Part shown: piece after piece, positions 19,674 to 28,263 of the stretch
Numbering within the stretch: the stretch's first letter is position 1
Layout: every line of letters begins with the position of its first letter
Source: a virus
Lineage: Duplodnaviria; Caudoviricetes
Strand: one strand, 5' to 3'
DNA length: 50,160 nt
IMG/VR virus record: IMGVR_UViG_3300030099_003747
Coordinates: 1 to 50,160 of that record
Program-made: the position numbers and the translations under genes
The notes under the pieces: generated by a model
Databases searched by the model: none
Told to the model about the DNA's origin: nothing
The model's input: only the letters and a program-made list of their open reading frames with translations

Positions 19674-21289
19674 CTATGGGTACCCCAAGGGCTATTAGAA
19701 GACATTGTAGAGGCTTTGTCGATTTTCCTCATCAATCTTCTCCAGTTTTTATTAGCTATCTCTTTATCTGATAGCTTGCGATTTTCCCACTTAGCACCGA
19801 TTTCAATACGCCATGCCCAAGCTGCCCCAGCCATTGCTGCTGCAAGGTCATAGTGACCGCCCTGACTATCTCTAGAGAGCTTGTCCCATTGACCTCGATA
19901 GTTGATAAGCTGACGGATTCCCCTGACAGAATGCATAGTCAATGAACCATCATCAATAATCTCTTGAAGAAACGAGATTGCTTGTGCTTTGCTTTTTGCT
20001 GTTGAGTACCAACCAGGGACTCTAGAGCTTGAACCTTTATACGATGAGCTTGCCTTCCTATGGTACAAGTGCCGGAAGCCAGCAGCCATCAAGTGTGAAA
20101 TAAGGGCCTCACCAACACCGTTTGCCTCAACATATACACGAGCATTGTTGTATTCAGCCGACCACTTCATAATCATGTCGGACATCTTAAATGCTTCACT
20201 GTGTCCCAGAAACTCTGCAACTTGCTCACAGTTATCAATGTCAATAATCTGAACACCAAACATATCTCTTGAAGACCATGAGCCAGCAGGGTCGCAGAAT
20301 ATTAAATACCTATTGCTGTCTTTAGGCTCAGAAAACTGTACATACGGTTCTGCTTCTACGTTTAAGCCGGTACCTCGATCGACTAGATCCATCATCTCCA
20401 TCAATCTTTTTGTATTAAAGATTGACTCTCCAGCCATGACCCAACAGTCAAGCTCATTGACTGGGTACTCTGCTCGGAACTTATCTAAGTTGTTTCGGCA
20501 CTTTTGAAGTCCTTCTGTTTGCATCCAGAAGGCTTGTGCTGCTGTAAGTCCATTTGCGTCAGCATAATCTCTAATCAGCGCATCCGGCTTCCACATTGGC
20601 GGTGGAGTCACAGAGTACTCATTAATCATGGTCCAAGGAATGAAAACCTTCATCCACTTGCTGTGTGGGTTTTCCGAGTCCATGCATATTTCGTGTAGTT
20701 GGTCGCCGTGGTACCTCGGAGTAGACTCTGCAATAACGAACCCACCATTGCTTGGTACAGCGTTTAGTGCAGATGTCCATGCATCTGGACCAGCTACTTC
20801 AGACCACGCAGAAATCTCAGTGGCCATAAGAACCTGAACAGTTTCACCACGTAGAGGTTCTTCGTCGTTTACTGATGCCACGACCATTCTGCTATCGAGT
20901 TCTGGAAACTCTAGTGTTCTTTTTAGGCCAGTAGTCTTTTTGGGCTTGAGCGTATCAGGCATGTGCCGGTGAAAACGAACAGCCATCTCGGAAAGGTTCT
21001 TGGCCATTTGCTTTTTGTGAGCCAACAATCCAACGCGGCAACCACGTCTGAACATTGCGTGCTGAGTAGCAACACAAGTAAAGAAGGTGCTGCTTCCCTC
21101 CTGTCGCGGCTTTACATGCACCAACCATTTATTGTCCGCGTAGCATTGGTTTACCGCTGCTGCGAGAAGTCTCTGATGGTCCCAAAGCTTAAATGGCACC
21201 AGCGCGCCGCTCTTGGCCCTTACTTTGTTTAAGTGGCAGTACTGTTCTGGATCCCAAAAACCATCTTGGTTTGGCAATAATACGCTCAC
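19670..21289 (-). CDS. terL: Terminase large subunit, 539 aa
   Basis: Walker A KPRQEGSST, Walker B ATEISAW, ESTP motif, nuclease DPAG and VEANGVG, C-terminal YDLAAA. Confidence 0.92.
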   Translation of the reverse strand: MSVLLPNQDGFWDPEQYCHLNKVRAKSGALVPFKLWDHQRLLAAAVNQCYADNKWLVHVKPRQEGSSTFFTCVATQHAMFRRGCRVGLLAHKKQMAKNLSEMAVRFHRHMPDTLKPKKTTGLKRTLEFPELDSRMVVASVNDEEPLRGETVQVLMATEISAWSEVAGPDAWTSALNAVPSNGGFVIAESTPRYHGDQLHEICMDSENPHSKWMKVFIPWTMINEYSVTPPPMWKPDALIRDYADANGLTAAQAFWMQTEGLQKCRNNLDKFRAEYPVNELDCWVMAGESIFNTKRLMEMMDLVDRGTGLNVEAEPYVQFSEPKDSNRYLIFCDPAGSWSSRDMFGVQIIDIDNCEQVAEFLGHSEAFKMSDMIMKWSAEYNNARVYVEANGVGEALISHLMAAGFRHLYHRKASSSYKGSSSRVPGWYSTAKSKAQAISFLQEIIDDGSLTMHSVRGIRQLINYRGQWDKLSRDSQGGHYDLAAAMAGAAWAWRIEIGAKWENRKLSDKEIANKNWRRLMRKIDKASTMSSNSPWGTHR

Positions 21290-21576
21290 TGAACCCCACG
21301 ATTAGTTACAATATTGAAGGGACCGGTAGACGTAAGCATAGTGCTTACATTTTCTACTTCTTCAACAGCAGGGTTCTTTGGCCTATCCCACTTCTTTTTG
21401 TCTGAAAGCGTTTGTCGAGACACAGTCACAATGCTCATCATTGCGCTAACGTCGCCCTTTTCAATGATTCCACTTCGGAAGTTCTTCAAGATGTCTTCGC
21501 ACACATGCAAGATTCCGTCGTAGCTTTGAAGCGAAAACCGTGGATCGATCGTCTTCTTTTCTTCTTCCATCTTCAA
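21286..21576 (-). CDS. Candidate terminase small subunit, 96 aa
   Basis: Small ORF overlapping the TerL start; assignment is positional only. Confidence 0.4.
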   Translation of the reverse strand: MKMEEEKKTIDPRFSLQSYDGILHVCEDILKNFRSGIIEKGDVSAMMSIVTVSRQTLSDKKKWDRPKNPAVEEVENVSTMLTSTGPFNIVTNRGVQ

Positions 21577-21673
21577 CTCCAGTCATCTTGTAACTTACTG
21601 TTACAGCGAGTATAAGTACTACACAAATAAATATCATGGTTTATTTGTTGAATAAAACACACAAGAGGTAGAT

Positions 21674-21985
21674 ATGCCACGTGCAAAAAAGACAGCAACC
21701 GTTTCAGTCAAGGCTGAAGAAGTAAAGGATTCAACACCCGAGAAGGCCGCACCAAAGCCTACTCGTGGTCGCCCCCCTGCCGCAAAAACCTTCGACTTGT
21801 TTATTGCTACTCCTTCTGGAAACGTACAACTACAGTTTAAGAATGAGCGTCAGATTGACCATGCATTCAAGCAACTGACTCTCAAGTGTGCTTCTGGTCG
21901 TCCAGCAAATATTATTTGTGATGGTAAAGAATATGGTTTTTGCAATATCAGCTATGTGATCCGAGATGAACCGGTACAACAATAG
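21674..21985 (+). CDS. Hypothetical basic protein, 103 aa
   Basis: GAGG RBS; AT-hook-like PTRGRPP; first gene of a divergent cassette. Confidence 0.7.
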   Translation: MPRAKKTATVSVKAEEVKDSTPEKAAPKPTRGRPPAAKTFDLFIATPSGNVQLQFKNERQIDHAFKQLTLKCASGRPANIICDGKEYGFCNISYVIRDEPVQQ

Positions 21986-22307
21986 CTCTACGTCCCGACA
22001 AGAGTTCGGTCGCGCAATGTCTGCTCAGGTGCGAAAGCCTGGGCAGGTAGCGCGAATGATTGACAAGAAAAAGAAGGCCGAGGGTAAAGCCAAGGGTTTT
22101 GGTATTTTGTCGGGCGCATTGAAAGCTATTGGCGCTGGTCTTGGCGCAATGGTTGGTGGTCCTGTTGGTGCCGCCGCCGTTAGTGCTGGCACTGGCCTTG
22201 CCAGTGATCTGGCTGCAATGAAGGCAGGTTCAGAAGCTTCTAGGGCTGCTGGCATTGGTACTGCTCTTGCAACACCACCAAATCCTGTAGGTAGAAAAGA
22301 TTACTGA
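21966..22307 (+). CDS. Gly/Ala-zipper hypothetical protein, 113 aa
   Basis: GAGLGAMVGGPVGAAA glycine-zipper pattern. Confidence 0.6.
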   Translation: MNRYNNSSTSRQEFGRAMSAQVRKPGQVARMIDKKKKAEGKAKGFGILSGALKAIGAGLGAMVGGPVGAAAVSAGTGLASDLAAMKAGSEASRAAGIGTALATPPNPVGRKDY

Positions 22308-22621
22308 TGGCTTCAAGTTGTGGAAAAAACTTCTCCAAGAAGGTCGCGTCTCGCGTAAAGGCTGCTGGCGTCAAGGGCGTCAACAAGCCAAAGCGGACAC
22401 CAAACCATCCGAAGAAGAGTCATATTGTCGTCGCCAAGAAGGGTTGCAAAGTAAAAACAATCCGTTTTGGCGAGCAAGGCGCGAAGACGGCTGGCAAGCC
22501 AAAATCCGGCGAATCTGACCGCATGAGGAAGAAGCGTAAGAGCTTCAAGGCGCGTCACCGCAAGAACATTGCCAAGGGCGTGATGAGTGCCGCATACTGG
22601 GCAAACAAGGTAAAATGGTAA
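22307..22621 (+). CDS. Small highly basic phage protein, 104 aa
   Basis: KTIRFG...RKSFKARH...SAAYWA..KW pattern that I recall from other phage genomes. Confidence 0.75.
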   Translation: MASSCGKNFSKKVASRVKAAGVKGVNKPKRTPNHPKKSHIVVAKKGCKVKTIRFGEQGAKTAGKPKSGESDRMRKKRKSFKARHRKNIAKGVMSAAYWANKVKW

Positions 22622-22803
22622 TGGCCGAGAAATCTGAAAGCAAAGTCAACGAAGCTGGCAACTACACAAAGCCCGCGCTCAGGAAGGGCATCTTCAAGCG
22701 TCTTCTTGCTGGCAGTAAGTACGGAAGAAAGGGCAAGTGGTCAGCCCGAAAGGCACAAGCTCTTGCAAGAGAATACAAGGCAAAGGGCGGAGGTTACACA
22801 TGA
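22621..22803 (+). CDS. DUF5872-like basic protein, N-half
   Basis: NYTKPALRK...GKWSARKAQALAREYKAKGGGY. Confidence 0.7.
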   Translation: MAEKSESKVNEAGNYTKPALRKGIFKRLLAGSKYGRKGKWSARKAQALAREYKAKGGGYT

Positions 22804-23036
22804 ACCTTAAAAAAACACAAGAGTCTTTGGTTAAATGGACCAAGGGTAACTGGCGCACTCGATCTGGTAAGCCCAGCACTCAAGGGCCAGACGCTACTGG
22901 CGAGGTTCTCTTGCCTGACGCACAGCACAAAAAGATTAGTTCTGCTCAATACGCGGCAGGCACAGCCAAGAAACGAAAGGGCCTTGAAAAAGGTGAAACA
23001 TCAACCAGCCACGGATTAACGAAAGGTATCGCATGA
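22800..23036 (+). CDS. Basic protein resembling the C-half of DUF5872-containing proteins, 78 aa
   Basis: QESLVKWTKGNWRTRSGKPS...LP motif; ATGA overlap with the previous gene. Confidence 0.65.
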   Translation: MNLKKTQESLVKWTKGNWRTRSGKPSTQGPDATGEVLLPDAQHKKISSAQYAAGTAKKRKGLEKGETSTSHGLTKGIA

Positions 23037-23128
23037 AGTACGGAAGCGACAAAAAGAAGATGACCAAGGGCCTCGCAGACAAGGCGCGCAAGGGTTCATA
23101 CTCAAAGCCTAAGAAGAAGGGCTATTGA
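23033..23128 (+). CDS. 31-aa Lys-rich peptide (not in ORF track)
   Basis: MKYGSDKKKMTKGLADKARKGSYSKPKKKGY; ATGA overlap with the previous gene. Confidence 0.55.
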   Translation: MKYGSDKKKMTKGLADKARKGSYSKPKKKGY

Positions 23129-23129
23129 T

Positions 23130-23273
23130 GTGGCAAAGTCCGACAAGAAAGCATTGTCGATGAAGATTGCCAAGCTGGTCCGTGAGGGTAAGCCCAAGGA
23201 CCAAGCCGTTGCTATTGCTTACTCAATGAAGGAAAAGGGTAAGCTTGGCCCAAAGGGCGGCTACAAAAACTAA
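23130..23273 (+). CDS. 47-aa basic protein with QAVAIAYS motif (not in ORF track)
   Basis: GTG start; MAKSDKKALSMKIAKLVREGKPKDQAVAIAYSMKEKGKLGPKGGYKN. Confidence 0.65.
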   Translation: MAKSDKKALSMKIAKLVREGKPKDQAVAIAYSMKEKGKLGPKGGYKN

Positions 23274-24394
23274 CGATTTGCCTTGTCGGAAGATGTAAGC
23301 TTATCAAACTCTTTGTCGTAAGATTCGACAAGGCGCTTTCTTAGCTCGACACCTTCTCGACCACCACCCATGCGTCCCCCAGAGATTACAGAAGTAAACT
23401 TCTTAGCTTTCTCTGACGACCCACTAGCTCTCTTTCTCATCTCAAAGAGTAGTTGCTCTTTGATGGCTTTAGATTTGGCAAGAGCATCATTTTTGTAGAT
23501 GTTTTCTGGGTCTTTAGAGGACCGCTTAATGATCTTTTCGCCGTTAAGAATCTCACTGTATGCTTTTGCAATAGCGTCATCTGACATTCCTTTGAGGGTA
23601 TCGTCTACTCCAGAAATGCCAAGAAGACCAATGTAGTCGTAGTGATCCATACGTTGTTTATCTGTTGGGATCATATCGATTAGTTTGGTTGCTTCTACAT
23701 TCTTGATTGCAGCTTTTAGCATTCCCGAAGAAACAACTGGCAGTGCTGCGGCAGCGACAGAAACAGCAGCGCCAGAGTAGTCTCCTTCAGCGGCATCCAT
23801 AGCGGCAACACCCAAATCAGCAGCAGCTTGCTGAGGACCAACCATAGACCCAACATTGAGGCCAAAATAGCCGATATCCTTAATGGCTTCCATGTCTCCT
23901 TCTGTGGCGCGGCGAATCAAGTCTTTTACTTGATCTTGTGGGCTGGCGGACTCAATACGCTCACGAAGACGATCTTCTTTTTCAAGAAGGCGGTCATCTA
24001 CACCCTCCTTCCATGCCTTCATCTGCTCATCACTCATGCCAGCAGGGGCACGGAAGCCCTTGTACTCCTCACGACCCATAAACTCCTTTGATGGTCCTGG
24101 CTCTTTAGGAGGAGCAATACCAGGGATTGGGTCGAACCCTTCAGACTCTGAGCGGTCTTTCTTCAACTCGCTCATTGGCTTTGTCTCAAAAGAGTCCTCT
24201 GGACCCTCATAGCCAGTAGGCGTCATACCAGGAATAGGCTCGTAAGAGCTAAACCTGTCTTCCTTCTCAAGAGAACGCTCAGCCTCGCGCTTTGCTTTTT
24301 TCTTCACGTCTTCTGGCAAAGCATCAAGTCCAGCTTGACCCTGGCGCAAAGCCTTAGTGAACTGCTCGTAAGCCTCTTGATCCGGTGTAGCCAT
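23270..24394 (-). CDS. Hypothetical protein with pre-toxin(TG)-like helical hairpin, 374 aa
   Basis: AADLGVAAMDAAEGDYSGAAVSVAAAALPVV segment; GGAGG RBS. Confidence 0.6.
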   Translation of the reverse strand: MATPDQEAYEQFTKALRQGQAGLDALPEDVKKKAKREAERSLEKEDRFSSYEPIPGMTPTGYEGPEDSFETKPMSELKKDRSESEGFDPIPGIAPPKEPGPSKEFMGREEYKGFRAPAGMSDEQMKAWKEGVDDRLLEKEDRLRERIESASPQDQVKDLIRRATEGDMEAIKDIGYFGLNVGSMVGPQQAAADLGVAAMDAAEGDYSGAAVSVAAAALPVVSSGMLKAAIKNVEATKLIDMIPTDKQRMDHYDYIGLLGISGVDDTLKGMSDDAIAKAYSEILNGEKIIKRSSKDPENIYKNDALAKSKAIKEQLLFEMRKRASGSSEKAKKFTSVISGGRMGGGREGVELRKRLVESYDKEFDKLTSSDKANR

Positions 24395-24606
24395 TACATA
24401 CCTCCGTAAGCATCAAAGTCTGTTTTGACCAAGTCACCCTCTGAGTACTCCTGAGCCATCTTCTTAATGTTCTTTGGCACAGCATCAAGTGCCTCTTGGC
24501 CTTTCTTCATTGCAGCCTGCACAGTCTTGTACGCATCTTCAGGCGTCATAGTGTCGTACTGGATGTCTTCTGTAGTAATCGCAATGGCGTCAGAGGTTCC
24601 TGGCAT
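24394..24606 (-). CDS. 70-aa paralog of the N-terminus of 23270..24394
   Basis: Start reassigned to ATG 24606 (purine-rich RBS); clear similarity to the downstream protein. Confidence 0.65.
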   Translation of the reverse strand: MPGTSDAIAITTEDIQYDTMTPEDAYKTVQAAMKKGQEALDAVPKNIKKMAQEYSEGDLVKTDFDAYGGM

Positions 24607-24967
24607 CGGTGTTCCCTTCCTTGAGCTTTGAAGCGAGTGTATCAGCAAAAGCATTACCCGCGCCAGTGGCATCTTTAAGAAGTGTTGCAACACGATTCTG
24701 CTCAAGCACACATGCTGCGAACAGGTGCTCTACATTCATCAACATCAAAGCCGGAGTCTCCATCTTGAACACCCGAGCAACGTGAATCCACTCGTCATCA
24801 AGACTCTCACGATATTGGATCTGCTTGACCCGAGGACTCCAACGGAACCAAACACCGTCAACTTCGTAAGTCGCCTCACAGTAAAAGTTCATCTCGTAGA
24901 AGTACTTCTCAAACAATGAGACTAAACGCAAAGCTTCGCGAGCCTCAAGAGCGTAATCAAGATTCAT
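24590..24967 (-). CDS. Hypothetical protein, 125 aa
   Basis: GGAGG RBS, ATG start. Confidence 0.7.
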   Translation of the reverse strand: MNLDYALEAREALRLVSLFEKYFYEMNFYCEATYEVDGVWFRWSPRVKQIQYRESLDDEWIHVARVFKMETPALMLMNVEHLFAACVLEQNRVATLLKDATGAGNAFADTLASKLKEGNTDARNL

Positions 24968-25019
24968 GGCGGTAACCTCCAGTTACCACACTAACTACTG
25001 GTCACCGAAGCAACAACTC

Positions 25020-25176
25020 TAAATAAGTACTCTAGATTACACTAATCTTAGTACTACTCTAATAAGTACCTATTTATCTTCTCTAATCTATAAGTACTTA
25101 CTAGTACTAACTATACTAATACTAAGTACTATCTATTCCCGACCACCACCCCTAGTGTAATTAAGAGTACTAATTA
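25020..25176. repeat. AT-rich tract with seven AGTAC(T) iteron-like units; candidate origin or protein-binding array
   Basis: AGTAC at 25026, 25050, 25065, 25093, 25103, 25125 and 25166. Confidence 0.55.
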
Positions 25177-25786
25177 GGGCAACCCGGCAAACGAAAAACT
25201 TTTTGTAGATGGGGTACAGGGTCAGATTGGAAATCAGGAAATTTTTTTTCAGGGGGGTATTCTTATAGTAATAGATGCCTACGGGGGGGAGCCCACCCCC
25301 AGGGGGCCACATGCTTGCGCGCACACCCACACATGCGCGATTGCAATCCCACGAGTACAGTCCCCTGGACTGCCATGCTTAGCAATACCCGCTATTGCAA
25401 TCACACATTGCTGAGGAAGTTTGTAATGTCCAAACTGTTTACTCTCTGAGTAAGGACACTATCCCCCTCTCCATCCATCACCCATCTCACAATCCCACTA
25501 TCCACCTTTGGTGAACTGTTTAGCCTAAACTGGCTCAGAATCGCTGCTGTTGCGCGCTACGTGATCGCATAGCCCCTGCATAGCCCTCGCGTCGTCCGAG
25601 CGCTTGTAGGCATCATGCGAGGCATTTTCAACTTTCTGAAGAGTCCCCTACGGGGACTACTTCAAGGGGTCATTTCGACGGTTTTTATTTGCGGTTTTGG
25701 CGGTATCGTGTTCCATTGATTGGGCTGGTCAACGGTTGACCGGCACTCACAAATCAGGCTCCAAAGCGAGTCCACAGGAGGCCCAC

Positions 25787-26638
25787 ATGGCCACAAACAC
25801 ACAAAGCAAGTCCGTCAACGTCGTCACCAACACCATTCACTGTGTGAAAACAGGTATTGCAATTGCGACAATGCCGATGGACCTCAACAAACTCAATGCA
25901 CGTCTGTCCTCTGGACAGTGTGTAGCCGGGGTTGCAATCGGACACGTGAAGTACTCACCGGAGGTGATTGCAGCATTCAAGGCCAAGGTTGGCAATGTAC
26001 CCAACTACCGTTGGGCTGCACGGTCTCGGGACGGCCAATGGAAGCAATACGACGGGTACAGAATCGGCGAGCATAATGCACAGGTTCTGGCTTCGTTCGG
26101 TCTCAATGCTGACCCAGCTACGCTGTCCAAGGGCAAGACCAGCGGTCGTCAGTACGGCACACAATACGAGGCGCCTAAGCCGAAGGCTCCGAAGGCTGCT
26201 CCGGTTAGCGTAGCTATGGAAGACGTAATGGCACTGTTGGGTGATGACGTAGTCATCTCTGACAAGTCGTCTGACGAGTTGTTGCAAGCTGAGCTTGGGC
26301 ACACACAATGTCCCCTGCCTACACAATCGCAAATGCAAGGCAAGGGTGCATACCCCAAGTGGCTTAGCGAAGCTAAGTCAATGGGCTTTGACCGCTCCGA
26401 AGCAAACATTGCATGGAAGGCTGCAAAGCAGGGTATCAGCAAGGCCCCACCCGTGGCTAAGCCGGAGGCTCCTCCGGTGTCTGAGGTGACCATTGCGAAG
26501 CGCAATCCCAAGCTTGCATCCACACCCAACACAATCCAATGCACCCCTGACGCATTGCAAGCTACGCTTGCTGCTCTTGATGGTGCTACCATCGGTGGCT
26601 TCGAGAACGGTCTGTTCACGGTCACCTACGGTGCTTGA
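25787..26638 (+). CDS. Early-region hypothetical protein, 283 aa
   Basis: AGGAGG RBS before ATG 25787. Confidence 0.75.
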   Translation: MATNTQSKSVNVVTNTIHCVKTGIAIATMPMDLNKLNARLSSGQCVAGVAIGHVKYSPEVIAAFKAKVGNVPNYRWAARSRDGQWKQYDGYRIGEHNAQVLASFGLNADPATLSKGKTSGRQYGTQYEAPKPKAPKAAPVSVAMEDVMALLGDDVVISDKSSDELLQAELGHTQCPLPTQSQMQGKGAYPKWLSEAKSMGFDRSEANIAWKAAKQGISKAPPVAKPEAPPVSEVTIAKRNPKLASTPNTIQCTPDALQATLAALDGATIGGFENGLFTVTYGA

Positions 26639-26723
26639 CCTAATCGTAATCACATGGAACATGATTGTGGTGGGTGCATTCATTGTGTTTGCACTCATCA
26701 CAATCTTCCTGGACCTGGAATAG
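26631..26723 (+). CDS. Putative 30-aa single-TM peptide
   Basis: MLDLIVITWNMIVVGAFIVFALITIFLDLE fills the gap between two genes. Confidence 0.35.
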   Translation: MLDLIVITWNMIVVGAFIVFALITIFLDLE

Positions 26724-26746
26724 TGCGCAACAAAGGAGCACGTACA

Positions 26747-27094
26747 ATGTACACAAAGGAAATAATAGCTATTGAGCGTATGCTTGAGAAGCACAATGAG
26801 GAGTGCAAAAAGATGCACGATGAGATTGTGCGACTGCGTAAACAGATTGAAGCGGGCAACAAGCTGGTCGCAATAGAACGCGAAAAGCTATTGGACCTGA
26901 AGGCCAACACGGTCCACAGCAGATTAGGCAAGCTTGCCATGCTACCCCTTGGGGACTTGTTTGCATTGGAGCGCAGGGCATACGAGCAGAGGGCACGCTA
27001 TAGCGATGCCGACGACGAGCAAGGGCGGCAACAATACGACCACTGGTGTCGCGTCTACAATGAGATTGGAGAGGCTATCCGCCACTGCAAGTGA
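26747..27094 (+). CDS. Coiled-coil hypothetical protein, 115 aa
   Basis: AAGGAG RBS before ATG 26747. Confidence 0.7.
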   Translation: MYTKEIIAIERMLEKHNEECKKMHDEIVRLRKQIEAGNKLVAIEREKLLDLKANTVHSRLGKLAMLPLGDLFALERRAYEQRARYSDADDEQGRQQYDHWCRVYNEIGEAIRHCK

Positions 27095-27187
27095 TTGTAT
27101 TGGATTCATACCGGGCATATGTCCGGTGTGTTTCTTGCACAATCAAGTGCAATACAGAGCACAACGATGCTCCAAAGGACAGACGAT

Positions 27188-27556
27188 ATGCGTATCAATG
27201 ACTGCAAAATCATAAGCGAGACAATCTATCCCGAGAAGATGCACTCGGGCCGCGATTACTATGTGGACATAGAGAGCTTGGGCAATGACAATACAAGCGA
27301 GATTGTGGACGCCGTTAGCCGTCGCGTAGAGACAATGCGTAGCATCCAAGCCACACGGGACTCACTACCCACAATGGGCGATGCAATGAGGGATTACACG
27401 CTCTTTGCATGGGTCTCCAGAAACGCATGGACCGGTATCACTTGGTACCTTGAGCTTGGCAATGACGGGCGCTATTACATTGACCCCCACATGTTCAATG
27501 ATGAGGAGCCATGGTGCATACGAGGGCGGGACACTGGGGAAGTGTATTGTGCATAG
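27188..27556 (+). CDS. Hypothetical protein, 122 aa
   Basis: AAGGA upstream of ATG 27188; followed by a terminator. Confidence 0.65.
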   Translation: MRINDCKIISETIYPEKMHSGRDYYVDIESLGNDNTSEIVDAVSRRVETMRSIQATRDSLPTMGDAMRDYTLFAWVSRNAWTGITWYLELGNDGRYYIDPHMFNDEEPWCIRGRDTGEVYCA

Positions 27557-27579
27557 CACAATAAACAGACATTGCAGAT

Positions 27580-27621
27580 AAAAGAAAAGCCCCTTGGGAT
27601 TGCTCCCTCGGGGCTTTTTTT
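27580..27621. terminator. Bidirectional terminator between convergent early operons
   Basis: AAAAGCCCC...GGGGCTTTTTTT with an A-run on the left and a T-run on the right. Confidence 0.8.
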
Positions 27622-27638
27622 GTGTCTGTATTCGCGCG

Positions 27639-27983
27639 CTATTGCTTAGGTATCTCACCCTCTTGCATTAGGCGGACAGCCTCTTTCAATACGCATACGC
27701 GGTACGATAGCGTGTCAGGTCCGCGCCTGCCTGGACCCCGCTTGTAATCGCCCCAACACATATTGCCGAGCCGGTCCCATGCTTCGACACTTAGGCCGCT
27801 CTGATACCTGCCATGGAGTGTATCGTTCAATGCGAAGTCAATATGTTTCCATCCCCGAATGGTATCGATGACCCTCTCATAATCAGGGTCATTGCAAAGC
27901 ATGTCTTTGAACTTCTTACGATGTTCATTGAGTGAATGCTCGTCGAGCTTCTTTCGCCATGGCATTTGGTATGTCTCAGACAT
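27639..27983 (-). CDS. Hypothetical protein, 114 aa
   Basis: AAGGA RBS before ATG 27983. Confidence 0.6.
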   Translation of the reverse strand: MSETYQMPWRKKLDEHSLNEHRKKFKDMLCNDPDYERVIDTIRGWKHIDFALNDTLHGRYQSGLSVEAWDRLGNMCWGDYKRGPGRRGPDTLSYRVCVLKEAVRLMQEGEIPKQ

Positions 27984-28194
27984 TGCTATTCCTTTCGTAT
28001 ACAGGGACACAGGCACCGGACGGCAATACGTGGTCAACACGGCCATTGAAAGCGTAGCCGCGAGACACGTCCCAATCAACAGACTCAACCGCGTCAATCA
28101 ATCCAGAGCGTCCATAGTTAGACCACGAAACATATTCTGGAGGACCGCCAGTGTTTACTTTTAATGTGACAATATATTGTACAACTGTTTTCAT
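27976..28194 (-). CDS. Hypothetical protein, 72 aa
   Basis: ORF coupled to the downstream gene. Confidence 0.45.
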   Translation of the reverse strand: MKTVVQYIVTLKVNTGGPPEYVSWSNYGRSGLIDAVESVDWDVSRGYAFNGRVDHVLPSGACVPVYERNSNV

Positions 28195-28223
28195 TTTATA
28201 AACTAACTTTGTAGTTTGATTAT

Positions 28224-28252
28224 GAAGAGACACCGGCCCCCGAAGGGGCCGG
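28224..28252 (-). terminator. UUCG hairpin/terminator after the DUF932-like gene
   Basis: CCGGCCCC-TTCG-GGGGCCGG followed by TGTCTCTTC. Confidence 0.65.
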
Positions 28253-28263
28253 CATTTGTATGA

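Noticed and set aside
4525-21576. Stop-codon reassignment
   Set aside because: Genes are full length in the standard code, and TAA, TAG and TGA all occur as stops at tight gene junctions
25133-25330. 65-aa ORF in the non-coding region
   Set aside because: Low-complexity translation of homopolymer runs with no RBS
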